Assembly: GCA_016928075.1 (NCBI GenBank)
Contig: JAFGLJ010000029.1
Coordinates: 4,399 to 68,398, forward strand
Direction of reading: 5' to 3'
Length of the DNA: 64,000 bases
DNA from: Bacteroidales bacterium
Lineage (GTDB): Bacteria > Bacteroidota > Bacteroidia > Bacteroidales > VadinHA17
Shown: in pieces, positions 10,071 to 19,758 of the stretch
How the letters are laid out: each line of letters opens with the position of its first letter
Numbering within the stretch: the first letter of the stretch is position 1
Notes under the pieces: generated by a model
The model's input: the letters and a program-made list of their open reading frames with translations, nothing else
Database searches by the model: none
Told to the model about the DNA's origin: nothing
Made by a program: the position numbers and the translations under genes

Positions 10071-10678
10071 TATTTTTCGCTATTCTCTTCCCTGTATTTA
10101 TAATTAACCCCTTTCATCACTACTTCGGTTATATCCAGGGAGTCATTTGCATACATCACAGGACTGCCAAAACTTTTTGCCAGTATATAATCATAGTTGT
10201 TGTTAACTGAAACCTCTTCAAGGTAATCGTAGATATAGTGCAGTATCCTCCTGTTCATCACCTGTTCTTCTTCCATCAGCTGTGTTTCAAGTTCATTTCT
10301 CAGGTTAAGAAGGTCCTGTTGCTGCTGGAGAAGGTCCTGTTCCATTTGTGCTGCTGTAGCCCTGGTAACAAGGCCCTTTCGTACTTTCTCTTCATAATCG
10401 CGTGCTCCGCTTTCATATTGCCTGCCTTTAGTATTCAATTCAGCCTCAGAATTTTGTTGTTTAACCATAAGTTCATCCCTGAGGTCGAAATACATATCAA
10501 AATTCAGAATGATTGAATCTATTTCAACGTAAGCGATGTTACTCTCGGTCATTCCCTGTTCAAAAGATTCTTCTTCAGAAAGTTTTTTGTCGCCATTCAA
10601 GGCAAATTCCCATATAAACAAGAATGCCACTGCAAGGATTGACACTATTCCCAATATTAAAGGTAACTTCTTCATCAC
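10070..10678 (-). CDS. OmpH/Skp-family chaperone (N-terminally anchored type)
   Basis: IAYVEIDSI, coiled coil, YDYIL..MYANDSLDIT. Confidence 0.85.
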   Translation of the reverse strand: MMKKLPLILGIVSILAVAFLFIWEFALNGDKKLSEEESFEQGMTESNIAYVEIDSIILNFDMYFDLRDELMVKQQNSEAELNTKGRQYESGARDYEEKVRKGLVTRATAAQMEQDLLQQQQDLLNLRNELETQLMEEEQVMNRRILHYIYDYLEEVSVNNNYDYILAKSFGSPVMYANDSLDITEVVMKGVNYKYREENSEK

Positions 10679-10754
10679 TAATTGTTAATTGGTTATAATT
10701 TAAACAGGCAACAAAGATAAAGGAATTTGATGAATTACGAAACAGTATATCCTT

Positions 10755-11750
10755 TTAGAATTCGGGGCATGGAACAGCATGAAACATTCTTCTCCTGGTG
10801 CCTAATGATGAAGTAATAAACTCATATACCAGTGAAATTTCATGTGAGCCACCAGTGGATGCTATGAGATTGGAGATAGTGAAATCATAAGAATAGCCAA
10901 TATGCAGTTTTTCGGTTTTCACACCTATAAGTGCAATAAGTGCATCGCCTGCCTGGCTGGTAACGAAAGGAATTCCCCTGTACCACAAGCCGAAAATTAA
11001 AGGATCCCTGTAGTAATAAAGTCCGAGGTCTGACTGCCAGAACCGATCCTGGTATTTAATATTACCTGCAATTGATATTACTTCCGAGTACCTGTTCAGC
11101 AGTCTTCCCCTCCTTGATATCTGGACTCCGCCAAAAACATTTACCTTTACCGGAACGTGAGTATCCCAGTCGCCATAGAATGACTGACGCGGCTGAAAAA
11201 GGTGATCAAGGTTAAATCCTCCCCATATTCGGTCATTATAAGCCATTGCTGAGAAAGCAAAATCTACATCTGCCACTCCTTCGAAGGGAGGTGGGTAAAC
11301 CGAGGGGGTGGTACCCCTGGCGGTAATCATGCTGTTCCATATCAGCTTGCCGTAATTAAGTCCAAGGTAGATAAACTTGAAATTAATCCCCGGCCGTATA
11401 TGCCAGTCCTGGTTAAGCTGGATATCGTATGAATAAAGAAGGCCTATATTGGTAGTGCTCAGGTCGCCCGATCCGGCAACATCATAGGTTGCCAGAACGC
11501 CTATTCCCGAGCGGAAATTAGGAAGATACCTGTCATAGCTGAAACTATATGTATTGAACACACCTGTTACAGAGGGCCACTGATTCCTGTAATTTATTGA
11601 AATCCTGTTTTCTTCAATGGCGCCCGTAAATGAAGGGGCAAGGTATAGTGCATTGGCATAGAACTGCGAAAAGTGCGGATCCTGAGCTTTTAATCCGGCA
11701 GAAACGAATACGCAAAACAAGATTATTGTATATCTAATTCGTGTTAGCAA
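10755..11750 (-). CDS. porP: T9SS membrane protein PorP/SprF family
   Basis: QDPHFSQFYANALYLAPSFTG, YRNQW, GYSYD, GSHEISL, C-terminal CPEF. Confidence 0.9.
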   Translation of the reverse strand: MLTRIRYTIILFCVFVSAGLKAQDPHFSQFYANALYLAPSFTGAIEENRISINYRNQWPSVTGVFNTYSFSYDRYLPNFRSGIGVLATYDVAGSGDLSTTNIGLLYSYDIQLNQDWHIRPGINFKFIYLGLNYGKLIWNSMITARGTTPSVYPPPFEGVADVDFAFSAMAYNDRIWGGFNLDHLFQPRQSFYGDWDTHVPVKVNVFGGVQISRRGRLLNRYSEVISIAGNIKYQDRFWQSDLGLYYYRDPLIFGLWYRGIPFVTSQAGDALIALIGVKTEKLHIGYSYDFTISNLIASTGGSHEISLVYEFITSSLGTRRRMFHAVPCPEF

Positions 11751-11917
11751 GTCAGATTCTGTTTAGACCAGTAAGTACGAAATTAACGAAATGTACTAAA
11801 ATAAGTTACATTTTTCACATATTTATTGCATAAAAACTAACAAAGCGTTTGATTTTTGAACATTCAAGGATAGAAGACTAAGGATTTGGATTGGCGATAA
11901 GCCTCATAATTAAACAA

Positions 11918-13243
11918 TTACCATTTTGGAAGCAGGGTAAGGTCCCCACCTTTTACAAATGGTTCACCGGTTTTATACATTCCGCGAACTTTCCATATAT
12001 ATACTCCCGGTTCTGCTTTCTGGCCTTTATAATACCCATCCCATCCTATTTGGATATCATCTGTTTCAAAAACAAGGATTCCTCTTCTGCTGTAAATACG
12101 CAGATTATATGATGTGACACCTGACCATACCGGATGGAATACTTCTTCATTCTGGTCACTCCTGTTCGAATAATAGCCTCCCGTAGGGCCGCCTTCATTC
12201 GGGACGAAAGCATTAGGGAATTTAATGAAGCAGGTATTATCGCCGAATGCATTTGTGATAACCATGCTATCTGTACATCCCTGCTCAGATATAGCTATAA
12301 GTGTAACAGAGTATGATCCCGGTTTTTTATAGAAATGTGATGGTTCAAACTCATCGCTGGTATTACCGTCACCAAAATTCCATTTCCATGCGACCGAATT
12401 CTGAGAGTAGTTATAAAAGCGTATCTCTTCATCAGGTATTGCGGGATTACCCTCACTTACTTCGAATCTGGCCATCGGTTTTGGATAGACATTTACTGTT
12501 TCCCTTGCAGTTACCCTTGACCCGTTCTCCCCAAAAAGTATCAGTCTCACTTCATATCTGCCAGGTTCATCATATACCCAAACAGGGTTCAGCTCGGTAC
12601 TGATACCACCATCATCAAATTCCCAGATACATGAATCATAATTATGCGACAGGTTTATGAACGAAACATTGAGTGGAGCACATCCAGTATTTACATCGGG
12701 TTTAAAATTTGCCATTGGCGCCGGTTTTGCAAGAGATTCCAGGCTAACTTTTTTATCCATGGGTAAGCGCTTCAGGTTATCATCAGTACGCATTTCAGCT
12801 ATATCATTGACAGTAATATCTTTTCCCTGTTCTTGAATCTCATCTTCAATTATCCCCTGAGGATGTTTTTGTTCATTTATGCCCTTCGAGGTTATACGCT
12901 GTTCCTCGTTTGTTCTCTTTTCAGGTGGCAGGTTATAATCTTCTTTATTTATAATGTTTCGTGAAGCCACTGGTAAAGAATCAGAATCGATAATTATTTT
13001 CTGTGATTCCCTGGATGTTTCTGCATTTTTTATGGTAAGTACTGATATTGTAACTGAAGCAACGGTAATGAGTCCTGCGAGGTAATATATATTGAAGCTT
13101 CCCGGCCTGAAATGCATAAACTCCCTGAAGCGGAGTTTCTTTACAAAACGCGGCCAGAAATTATCAGGAACATTATGCTCTCTGTTACCGAGCTTAGTCC
13201 TGTATAATTCCTCAATATTTTTATATTTCCCCGTATTATTCAA
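11918..13243 (-). CDS. Membrane-anchored PKD-domain protein with gliding-motility (type B) T9SS CTD; anti-sigma-like N-terminus
   Basis: N-terminal IEELYRTKL..E..VP..FW, TM helix, two PKD repeats (WEFDDG, WNFGDG), FPNAFVPN...IYSRRG...GWDG. Confidence 0.8.
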   Translation of the reverse strand: MNNTGKYKNIEELYRTKLGNREHNVPDNFWPRFVKKLRFREFMHFRPGSFNIYYLAGLITVASVTISVLTIKNAETSRESQKIIIDSDSLPVASRNIINKEDYNLPPEKRTNEEQRITSKGINEQKHPQGIIEDEIQEQGKDITVNDIAEMRTDDNLKRLPMDKKVSLESLAKPAPMANFKPDVNTGCAPLNVSFINLSHNYDSCIWEFDDGGISTELNPVWVYDEPGRYEVRLILFGENGSRVTARETVNVYPKPMARFEVSEGNPAIPDEEIRFYNYSQNSVAWKWNFGDGNTSDEFEPSHFYKKPGSYSVTLIAISEQGCTDSMVITNAFGDNTCFIKFPNAFVPNEGGPTGGYYSNRSDQNEEVFHPVWSGVTSYNLRIYSRRGILVFETDDIQIGWDGYYKGQKAEPGVYIWKVRGMYKTGEPFVKGGDLTLLPKW

Positions 13244-13252
13244 GCTCTGTGT

Positions 13253-13786
13253 TTATTTATAATTCTCCAGTTTCTTACGCAAGAAAGCTTTTGCGCGTGA
13301 ATATTGTGATTTTGATGTATTTACGTCTATATCAAGCATTTCTGCTATTTCCTTATGTTTGTATCCTTCTATTGCATAAAGGGAAAAAACTACTTTATAG
13401 CCCGGCGGCAGTAAATCAAGTACTTTCTGAAGTTCTTCATCTGTGTACCTTGAGCCAATGTAACTATTATCACCTCCTTCACTGGTATATAATTCTTCGA
13501 TCTCGATATAATGCTTGTGCTTGAGATTCTTATGATAATAAGTAATAGCGGTGTTTATTACTATCCGCCTCATCCAGCCTATAAAAGAACCTTCTCCGCT
13601 ATAATCTTTTATATTAATATATATCTTCAGCAAACTTTCCTGGAGTATGTCTTCAGCTTCCGGGATATCTGTAGCATACCTTACACATATTCCCATCAAT
13701 ATTCCCGAATATTTCTCAAAAAGCATTTTCTGAGAAAGCCTGTCATGTTTAAGACATCCTTCGAGTATTTGCCGGTCACTTATCAT
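13253..13786 (-). CDS. ECF sigma-70 factor
   Basis: AEDILQE, SFIGWMRRI, LPPGYKVVF..EGYKHKEIAEML..TSKSQYSRAK; ATG 13786 preferred. Confidence 0.92.
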   Translation of the reverse strand: MISDRQILEGCLKHDRLSQKMLFEKYSGILMGICVRYATDIPEAEDILQESLLKIYINIKDYSGEGSFIGWMRRIVINTAITYYHKNLKHKHYIEIEELYTSEGGDNSYIGSRYTDEELQKVLDLLPPGYKVVFSLYAIEGYKHKEIAEMLDIDVNTSKSQYSRAKAFLRKKLENYK

Positions 13787-13804
13787 TACGGAGACCAAAT
13801 TAGA

Positions 13805-13831
13805 GACTTGCAATTATTTAAAATGGTTGCA
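13805..13831 (-). promoter_or_regulatory. Putative ECF autoregulatory promoter
   Basis: TGCAAC-N18-GTC upstream of the ATG at 13786. Confidence 0.5.
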
Positions 13832-14018
13832 CAAATTTAAGAGCTTAATAGAAATATTGTAGATTTAAATTTGAACTATTTTACCCCGTATACTAAATTT
13901 ATCGAGAAATGTTCCAATTTTTCCGCCAAATCATATTCTCGTAACGACAAACATTATTAACTTGGCGCCCAAATTTTAATTTTTTTACGTAAAAAAGTAG
14001 AACTTAAATACCTGACCA

Positions 14019-14930
14019 ATGTTCAACAGATTTATTGCATCCATTTTACCATATTTCCCCCAGAAATTTGTATGGATATTCTCAAAGCCATATGTATCGG
14101 GGAAGACTGCACATGACGCAATCAGGGTATCCAAAGATTTCAATTCCCATGGAATTAAAGTAACTCTTGATGTTCTCGGAGAGTTTATCAAGACCCTTGA
14201 GGAAGCTGAAGCCAGCAAAAAAGAATACCTTGACCTCATAGACCTTACGGAAAAGAATAAAATAGATGGCAATTACTCAATCAAGCCAACCAGTTTTGGT
14301 CTGCTCCTGGACAAGGAAATATGTTACCATAATATTCGCGAGGTTGTAAAGAAAGCTGTTGAATACAATAATTTTATCAGGATTGACATGGAAGATTCGC
14401 CATGTACTGATCTTGAAATAGAATTATTCAGGAAGCTTCATAAAGAATTTCCTAAAAATGTAGGCATAGTTTTCCAGGCTTACCTTAAGAGAACGCTTGA
14501 TGATATTAAAGGTTTAATGGATCTGCACTCTGAAGAAACACCCCTGAATATCAGGTTATGCAAAGGAATATATGTTGAGCCTGCAGAAATAGCATTTAAA
14601 AAGTATGAAGAGGTAAATGAAAATTTCCTTATAGACATTGAATATATGCTCCAGAACAAGATATATTCAGGTATAGCCACTCACGACAAACCCCTTATTG
14701 AAGGATCATATGAACTCATTAAGAAGTACAATGTGCCGAAAAATATGTATGAATTCCAGATGCTTTACGGGGTTACGCCAAAGTTGAGGCAAAGTATCGT
14801 TGATGACGGTCACGTTATGAGAATATACGTACCTTTTGGAAAAGACTGGTTTGGTTATTCAACCAGGCGGCTTAAGGAAAACCCGAAGATGGCTTCTCAC
14901 ATTATTAAGGCGATATTCTATAAAGGGTGA
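14019..14930 (+). CDS. Proline dehydrogenase (monofunctional)
   Basis: RIDMEDS, IRLCKGIY, IATHD, EFQMLYG, YSTRRLKENP. Confidence 0.92.
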   Translation: MFNRFIASILPYFPQKFVWIFSKPYVSGKTAHDAIRVSKDFNSHGIKVTLDVLGEFIKTLEEAEASKKEYLDLIDLTEKNKIDGNYSIKPTSFGLLLDKEICYHNIREVVKKAVEYNNFIRIDMEDSPCTDLEIELFRKLHKEFPKNVGIVFQAYLKRTLDDIKGLMDLHSEETPLNIRLCKGIYVEPAEIAFKKYEEVNENFLIDIEYMLQNKIYSGIATHDKPLIEGSYELIKKYNVPKNMYEFQMLYGVTPKLRQSIVDDGHVMRIYVPFGKDWFGYSTRRLKENPKMASHIIKAIFYKG

Positions 14931-14950
14931 AATCAGTTGAATCGTTTAAT

Positions 14951-14985
14951 TGTTGAAACGGGATAAATGAAAACCCGATTCAACA
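14951..14985. terminator. Hairpin between convergent genes (possible bidirectional terminator)
   Basis: TGTTGAA-A-CGGG...CCCG-A-TTCAACA. Confidence 0.45.
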
Positions 14986-14991
14986 TTATTT

Positions 14992-15705
14992 TCATTTATT
15001 AATTTTATTCCTATACAATTCCTTCATCCGCTCCACATCCTTCTGTGGTATCATGGGTTTGGGTGGTTCGGGTCGCTCAGGCAGTCCTTTGGAAAAGTAC
15101 AATATTGCTGCAGGTATCGTAAGGAAGTTCAGGCCCACCATCCTGTCGGATGGTATAGCTCCTTTCTCGTAGGCATCTGATATTTGCCTGCGTTTTAAGA
15201 TGTCATAATTTGCAGAAGGTACTCCCAGCCGCTCCTGGCCATAGATACCCTCGTACACCGATGCTGCAATATTATTCCTGGCATTAATTAATTCGGGATC
15301 AACTGATGGGCTTTCCATGAGTATCCCCGTTCTAAGGTCAGGCAATAAAGGGACAACAATAACTTCACCAATGGCCGTGGTATCGGTTTGCAGAAATATA
15401 CCTGCCATATACACTTTACCTGTAAGTGTATCCGAGGGGGTAAAAATGTAATCCCGGTAACCGATGTAGGTGAATCTTAGAGTATCGTTTTTCGCCATAT
15501 ATACTGCAAAACCCCCCTTTTCATCGGTAACATTAGCAAATATTTTATTAAGTATGAAGTGCGCATTTGGCAAAGCTTCCAGGCTGTTGGCATCCATAAC
15601 CACTCCCTGGATCAGGATAAGGTTTTCCGGCACCTTTTGCTGGGCTGATAGCAATGCAGAGTTCAGCAAAAGAAATACTAAGGCAGTATTTATCCTGGCA
15701 GGCAT
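14992..15705 (-). CDS. Exported protein with carboxypeptidase-regulatory-like domain
   Basis: Signal peptide; IQGVVMDANSLEALP...TDEKGGF...DTLRFTYIGY. Confidence 0.7.
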   Translation of the reverse strand: MPARINTALVFLLLNSALLSAQQKVPENLILIQGVVMDANSLEALPNAHFILNKIFANVTDEKGGFAVYMAKNDTLRFTYIGYRDYIFTPSDTLTGKVYMAGIFLQTDTTAIGEVIVVPLLPDLRTGILMESPSVDPELINARNNIAASVYEGIYGQERLGVPSANYDILKRRQISDAYEKGAIPSDRMVGLNFLTIPAAILYFSKGLPERPEPPKPMIPQKDVERMKELYRNKINK

Positions 15706-15714
15706 TTTTTTGTA

Positions 15715-16287
15715 TTACAAATCAATTATCAGGTCATCAAGGCTTCTTTTAGGAACATGATGAATATCCTTTTCATCCCTCCAGTATTTTATATCCCCTT
15801 CTTTAACCTCATCTATAACCACTTTCTCCCTGGGTTTGCCCATGGCTATTATAAGCAATATCTCATACCTTGAGGGTATGTTAAGGTCCTGTCGTAATTT
15901 ATCCTTTTTTATGGATCCGATAATACATCCGCCGTACCCTTTCTCCGTAGCACCCAGTAGCATGCTCTGGGCAGCTATTCCGTGGTCTACTCCAAAAGAT
16001 TCACTTATCTCATTATCCCCCAGAATAATAATATAAGCTGAAGGTTGTTCCCCTTTTCCCGGGCCATCCCAATCAGTGAGATAGCCTGCCCATGCGGTTG
16101 AAGGGAAGACTATTTCGCATTTGGAGGGATCATTTACAATTATGAATTTCAAAGCCTGTTTATTGGATCCGGAGGCTGACAGGCGGGCAAGATTAACCAG
16201 TTCAACAAGTTGTTCCCTGTCAATTCTCTCATCCTGGTAGAATCGCCTGTAACTTCTGTTTTTTAATACCAGATTGCTTATATCCAT
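15715..16287 (-). CDS. Nitroreductase family protein
   Basis: NRSYRRF, ARLSASGSNKQ, DHGIAAQSMLL. Confidence 0.88.
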   Translation of the reverse strand: MDISNLVLKNRSYRRFYQDERIDREQLVELVNLARLSASGSNKQALKFIIVNDPSKCEIVFPSTAWAGYLTDWDGPGKGEQPSAYIIILGDNEISESFGVDHGIAAQSMLLGATEKGYGGCIIGSIKKDKLRQDLNIPSRYEILLIIAMGKPREKVVIDEVKEGDIKYWRDEKDIHHVPKRSLDDLIIDL

Positions 16288-16288
16288 A

Positions 16289-16864
16289 CTAATACCTTGA
16301 CGCTATAATATCCCAGTCGACTATTTCCCAGAAGGACTTGATATAATCAGGCCTTTTATTCCTGTAATCAATATAATAGGCATGTTCCCAGACATCACAA
16401 GTGAGGATAGGTTTGAAGCCATCACGCAATGGATTTTCGGCATTTGATTTCTGGACTATTGAAAGGCTTCCGTTATTATTTTTCACCAGCCAGGCCCATC
16501 CTGAACCAAAAAGACCTGCAGCTTCTTCACCGAATTTCATCTTGAAATTTTCGAAGGAACCGTACGATGCTATCATGGCTTCAGCAAGTTCGCCTGCAGG
16601 CTCTCGTCTCCCATCCTTTGAAAAACTTTCAAAATAAAACGTATGGTTCCATACCTGGGCGGCATTATTGAAGATAGCACCATCAGCATTCTTAATTATG
16701 GTAACCAGGCCGGCCTCTTCAAACTGTGAACCGGGAAGAAGGGAATTGAGTTTGTCAACATATGCCTGATGATGTTTACCATAATGGTAATCAATTGTTT
16801 CCTCACTAATGTAAGGTTTCAGAGCATCTCTCTCGAATGGCAGTTTTGGTAATTTATGATTCAT
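16289..16864 (-). CDS. sodB: Superoxide dismutase, Fe-type signature
   Basis: HYGKHH, FNNAAQVWNH, DVWEHAYY; true start ATG 16864 (ORF extension is the translated repeat). Confidence 0.93.
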   Translation of the reverse strand: MNHKLPKLPFERDALKPYISEETIDYHYGKHHQAYVDKLNSLLPGSQFEEAGLVTIIKNADGAIFNNAAQVWNHTFYFESFSKDGRREPAGELAEAMIASYGSFENFKMKFGEEAAGLFGSGWAWLVKNNNGSLSIVQKSNAENPLRDGFKPILTCDVWEHAYYIDYRNKRPDYIKSFWEIVDWDIIASRY

Positions 16865-16908
16865 GATCCAGTTTATTTTGAGTTTGTAATATAAATATAA
16901 TAATTTAT

Positions 16909-17004
16909 TGGAATACTGGAATGATGGAATACTGGAATGCTGGAATACTGGAATACTGGAATGATGGAATACTGGAATACTGGAATACTGGAATACTGGA
17001 ATAC
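16909..17004. repeat. Tandem 8-bp repeat TGGAAT(AC/GA/GC) x12
   Basis: Counted directly: 9 TGGAATAC, 2 TGGAATGA, 1 TGGAATGC. Confidence 0.97.
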
Positions 17005-17108
17005 TTGAACCGAGCTGCAGGGGTATGCCACAGGCAAGCGAGTGCTGCGAGCTCAACGAAACTCCTCCTTAGCGGAGTGAATCAATGATGGATTGTTGGG
17101 AGGATTGA

Positions 17109-17948
17109 TCAGTGATACCCTGCAAAGATATCTTTGCGTACAGCAGGGATGGCATTTACGGCTACACCTTTTTCATACAGGATTATCACTGCATCACGGC
17201 CCTTTTTGCCAAGATCGCGACTAAAATCATTAACATACAATCGGATGTGTTTCTTCATAACCTTCCGGTCCATCGAAGCCGCATATTTCCTGACGAAATC
17301 ATACGGTGATTCCGGGTTGTTATATGCATAATCCAGACTTGAGGCAAGTATTTTTTCCACCTTTAAAGCTATTTCATTCCCCAGTTCCCTTCTTATAGCT
17401 ATGCCGCCAAGCGGCACAGGCATTCCTGTTTGCCTCTCCCATTCCTCTCCCAGGTCAGCCACTTTATAGAGACCTTTATCACGGTAGGTAAACCTGTTCT
17501 CATGGATCAGCAGCCCGGCAGCAGCTTTTTCTTTCAAAACAATGTCTTCTATATCAGAGAAGAGATATTCATGTCTCTCCGTAAGCCACGGATAGATAAC
17601 GCTCAACAGAAGATTTGCCGTTGTGAATCTCCCGGGAATAGCTATTGGTTTACCTTTAAGTTGATCAGGCTCCTGTTTGTCGCAGGCCACCAGTAATGGC
17701 CCGTTGTTAAAGCCCAGGGCAGATCCAGAATTTAGGAGAATATATTTGTCAGACACATGGGCATAAGCATGGTAGCTTATCTTTGTAATATCGACCTTTT
17801 CATCAAAGGCTTGCCTGTTCAATTCCTCCACATCGGTTAGCTGGCATTCAAAGGCCAGGTTAGAAGTGTCGATTTTCCCATTTACCATTGCATCAAAGAT
17901 GAAAGTATCATTAGGACATGTTGATATTCCAAGGCTCAGTGTTTTCAC
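17109..17948 (-). CDS. mqnD: 1,4-dihydroxy-6-naphthoate synthase (futalosine pathway)
   Basis: STCPNDTFIF, DVEELN, IHENRFTY, PLGGI. Confidence 0.9.
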   Translation of the reverse strand: MKTLSLGISTCPNDTFIFDAMVNGKIDTSNLAFECQLTDVEELNRQAFDEKVDITKISYHAYAHVSDKYILLNSGSALGFNNGPLLVACDKQEPDQLKGKPIAIPGRFTTANLLLSVIYPWLTERHEYLFSDIEDIVLKEKAAAGLLIHENRFTYRDKGLYKVADLGEEWERQTGMPVPLGGIAIRRELGNEIALKVEKILASSLDYAYNNPESPYDFVRKYAASMDRKVMKKHIRLYVNDFSRDLGKKGRDAVIILYEKGVAVNAIPAVRKDIFAGYH

Positions 17949-18604
17949 GTAATTATAGCATTGAAGTGATTAACAAGTGCCTGCTCAAGTTGTTCAAGAG
18001 CCAGATCTATATCCCATAATGATTTATTCCTGGGTCCGACCATGTTTGATATTGCCCTTATACCAATGCATGGAATTCCCTGTTTATTACATACATAATA
18101 AGCAGCGGCACCCTCCATGCTCTCTATATCAGGATTATGCTCTGACCGGATCGCCTCACGGATTTCAGCAGAACCTGTGGCTGTACTGACTGTTACAGCT
18201 TTTACAGGGGAAAGATAAGCAGCCAGTTTTTGAACTATTTCCTGGTCGGCATGAAAGATACCTGTGGGAGTATAGTTATCATCATCATCTTTGATGCCTG
18301 CCCGGCTGAGGGGAATAAAATTTTTGCCATCGCACACACCCAGGTCAGCAAACATGTCAGATACCGGCACCACAACGGTTCCAACAGGTAAGTTACCAGT
18401 GTAACTACCGGCTATACCAATGTTTATAAGAAGGTCTGGCTTGCCATTATGGGCGAGGTAGTTCATTATGGCATAAACTGTTGATACCGGGCCTATACCG
18501 CTTATCAACAGAGGGGCTTTGTTTTTAAAGCGGCCTGCATTTACTTTGTTCATACATTCCGTTTCCCTGACTGTGGCTGCCGTTATCAATACCGTATCGA
18601 TCAT
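17945..18604 (-). CDS. mqnB: Futalosine hydrolase
   Basis: PNP/MTAN fold (INIGIAG, ESMEGAA, IRAISNMVGPRNKSLW), overlaps mqnD start. Confidence 0.85.
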   Translation of the reverse strand: MIDTVLITAATVRETECMNKVNAGRFKNKAPLLISGIGPVSTVYAIMNYLAHNGKPDLLINIGIAGSYTGNLPVGTVVVPVSDMFADLGVCDGKNFIPLSRAGIKDDDDNYTPTGIFHADQEIVQKLAAYLSPVKAVTVSTATGSAEIREAIRSEHNPDIESMEGAAAYYVCNKQGIPCIGIRAISNMVGPRNKSLWDIDLALEQLEQALVNHFNAIIT

Positions 18605-18695
18605 ATTATCACTTTTAAATAAAAAGTAATGATTAAAGATATTGTTTTTCCCGATAAAAAGGGGCAATTTTGAGGCAAACAAAAATGTGTGGTTT

Positions 18696-19106
18696 ATGAT
18701 ATATCTAACCAGAAGAGAAAGGTTTAGTGCTGCTCACAGGATGTTCAGGCCTGATTTCAGTGACGAAAAAAATGCCGAAATCTATGGACTGTGTTCAAAC
18801 CCCGGATGGCATGGACACAACTATGAGCTTTTTGTTACTGTCAAGGGTGAAATGAACAGGGAACTTGGTTATGTAATAAATCTCAAAAAGCTAAAGAAGA
18901 TCATTCAAGAATATGTTATCGAACCGCTTGACCATAAGAATATCAATACACAGGTTGATTTCATGAAGGGCAGACAGGCTTCAACCGAGAGCATTGCAAT
19001 AGCTGTTTGGGAAGTGCTGGAACCTCAAATACGTAAAGAAGGGGTAGAATTACATTGTGTCAAGATTACCGAAACAGAAAATAATTATATAGAATATTAC
19101 GGATAA
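18696..19106 (+). CDS. 6-pyruvoyl-tetrahydropterin synthase / QueD family
   Basis: FSAAHR, CSNPGWHGHNY, LDHKNIN, STESIA, ETENN. Confidence 0.9.
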   Translation: MIYLTRRERFSAAHRMFRPDFSDEKNAEIYGLCSNPGWHGHNYELFVTVKGEMNRELGYVINLKKLKKIIQEYVIEPLDHKNINTQVDFMKGRQASTESIAIAVWEVLEPQIRKEGVELHCVKITETENNYIEYYG

Positions 19107-19118
19107 AACGATTAAACA

Positions 19119-19757
19119 ATGGAAATAATAAATAATGGCTCAGGGTTAAAGATTAATGGAGGGTATAATAGGATTGAAACATGGGATGATGAAAAAACCG
19201 AAAAAATGGCAGATCTCTACCGTGAAATTTTAAAGTTAATCGGTGAGGATGCCTGCAGGGAAGGTTTGAAAGACACCCCCAAAAGAGTTGCCAAAGCTTT
19301 ACAATTTTTAACCCAGGGCTATAACCATGATCCGCACGAGATACTCAGAAGTGCCATGTTCCGGGAAGATTACCGGCAGATGGTGATTGTTAAGGACATA
19401 GAAGTTTATTCTATGTGTGAACATCACATGCTCCCATTTTTCGGGAAAGCACACGTAGCCTACATACCTGATAAATATATCACAGGCCTTAGCAAGTTGG
19501 CACGGGTTACCGAAGCCTATGCCAGGCGCCTGCAGGTGCAGGAGAGGCTGACCACACAGATCAGGGATTGTATACAGGATACTCTCAATCCCCTGGGTGT
19601 GGCGGTTGTGATTGAAGCCCAGCATATGTGCATGCAAATCAGGGGGGTTCAGAAACAACACTCTGTTACCACAACATCAGCTTTTACCGGTTGCTTCCTG
19701 AAGCACCTGCCAACACGTGAGGAATTTACTCATTTAATAGGATCTAATTTGCATTAG
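19119..19757 (+). CDS. folE: GTP cyclohydrolase I
   Basis: [33 protein letters not shown]. Confidence 0.96.
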   Translation: MEIINNGSGLKINGGYNRIETWDDEKTEKMADLYREILKLIGEDACREGLKDTPKRVAKALQFLTQGYNHDPHEILRSAMFREDYRQMVIVKDIEVYSMCEHHMLPFFGKAHVAYIPDKYITGLSKLARVTEAYARRLQVQERLTTQIRDCIQDTLNPLGVAVVIEAQHMCMQIRGVQKQHSVTTTSAFTGCFLKHLPTREEFTHLIGSNLH

Positions 19758-19758
19758 C

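Noticed and set aside
16909-17004. CRISPR array
   Set aside because: Contiguous 8-bp units with no spacers and no cas genes
16865-17056. N-terminal extension of SodB in the ORF track
   Set aside because: It is the translated tandem repeat; the SOD sequence begins at MNHKLP
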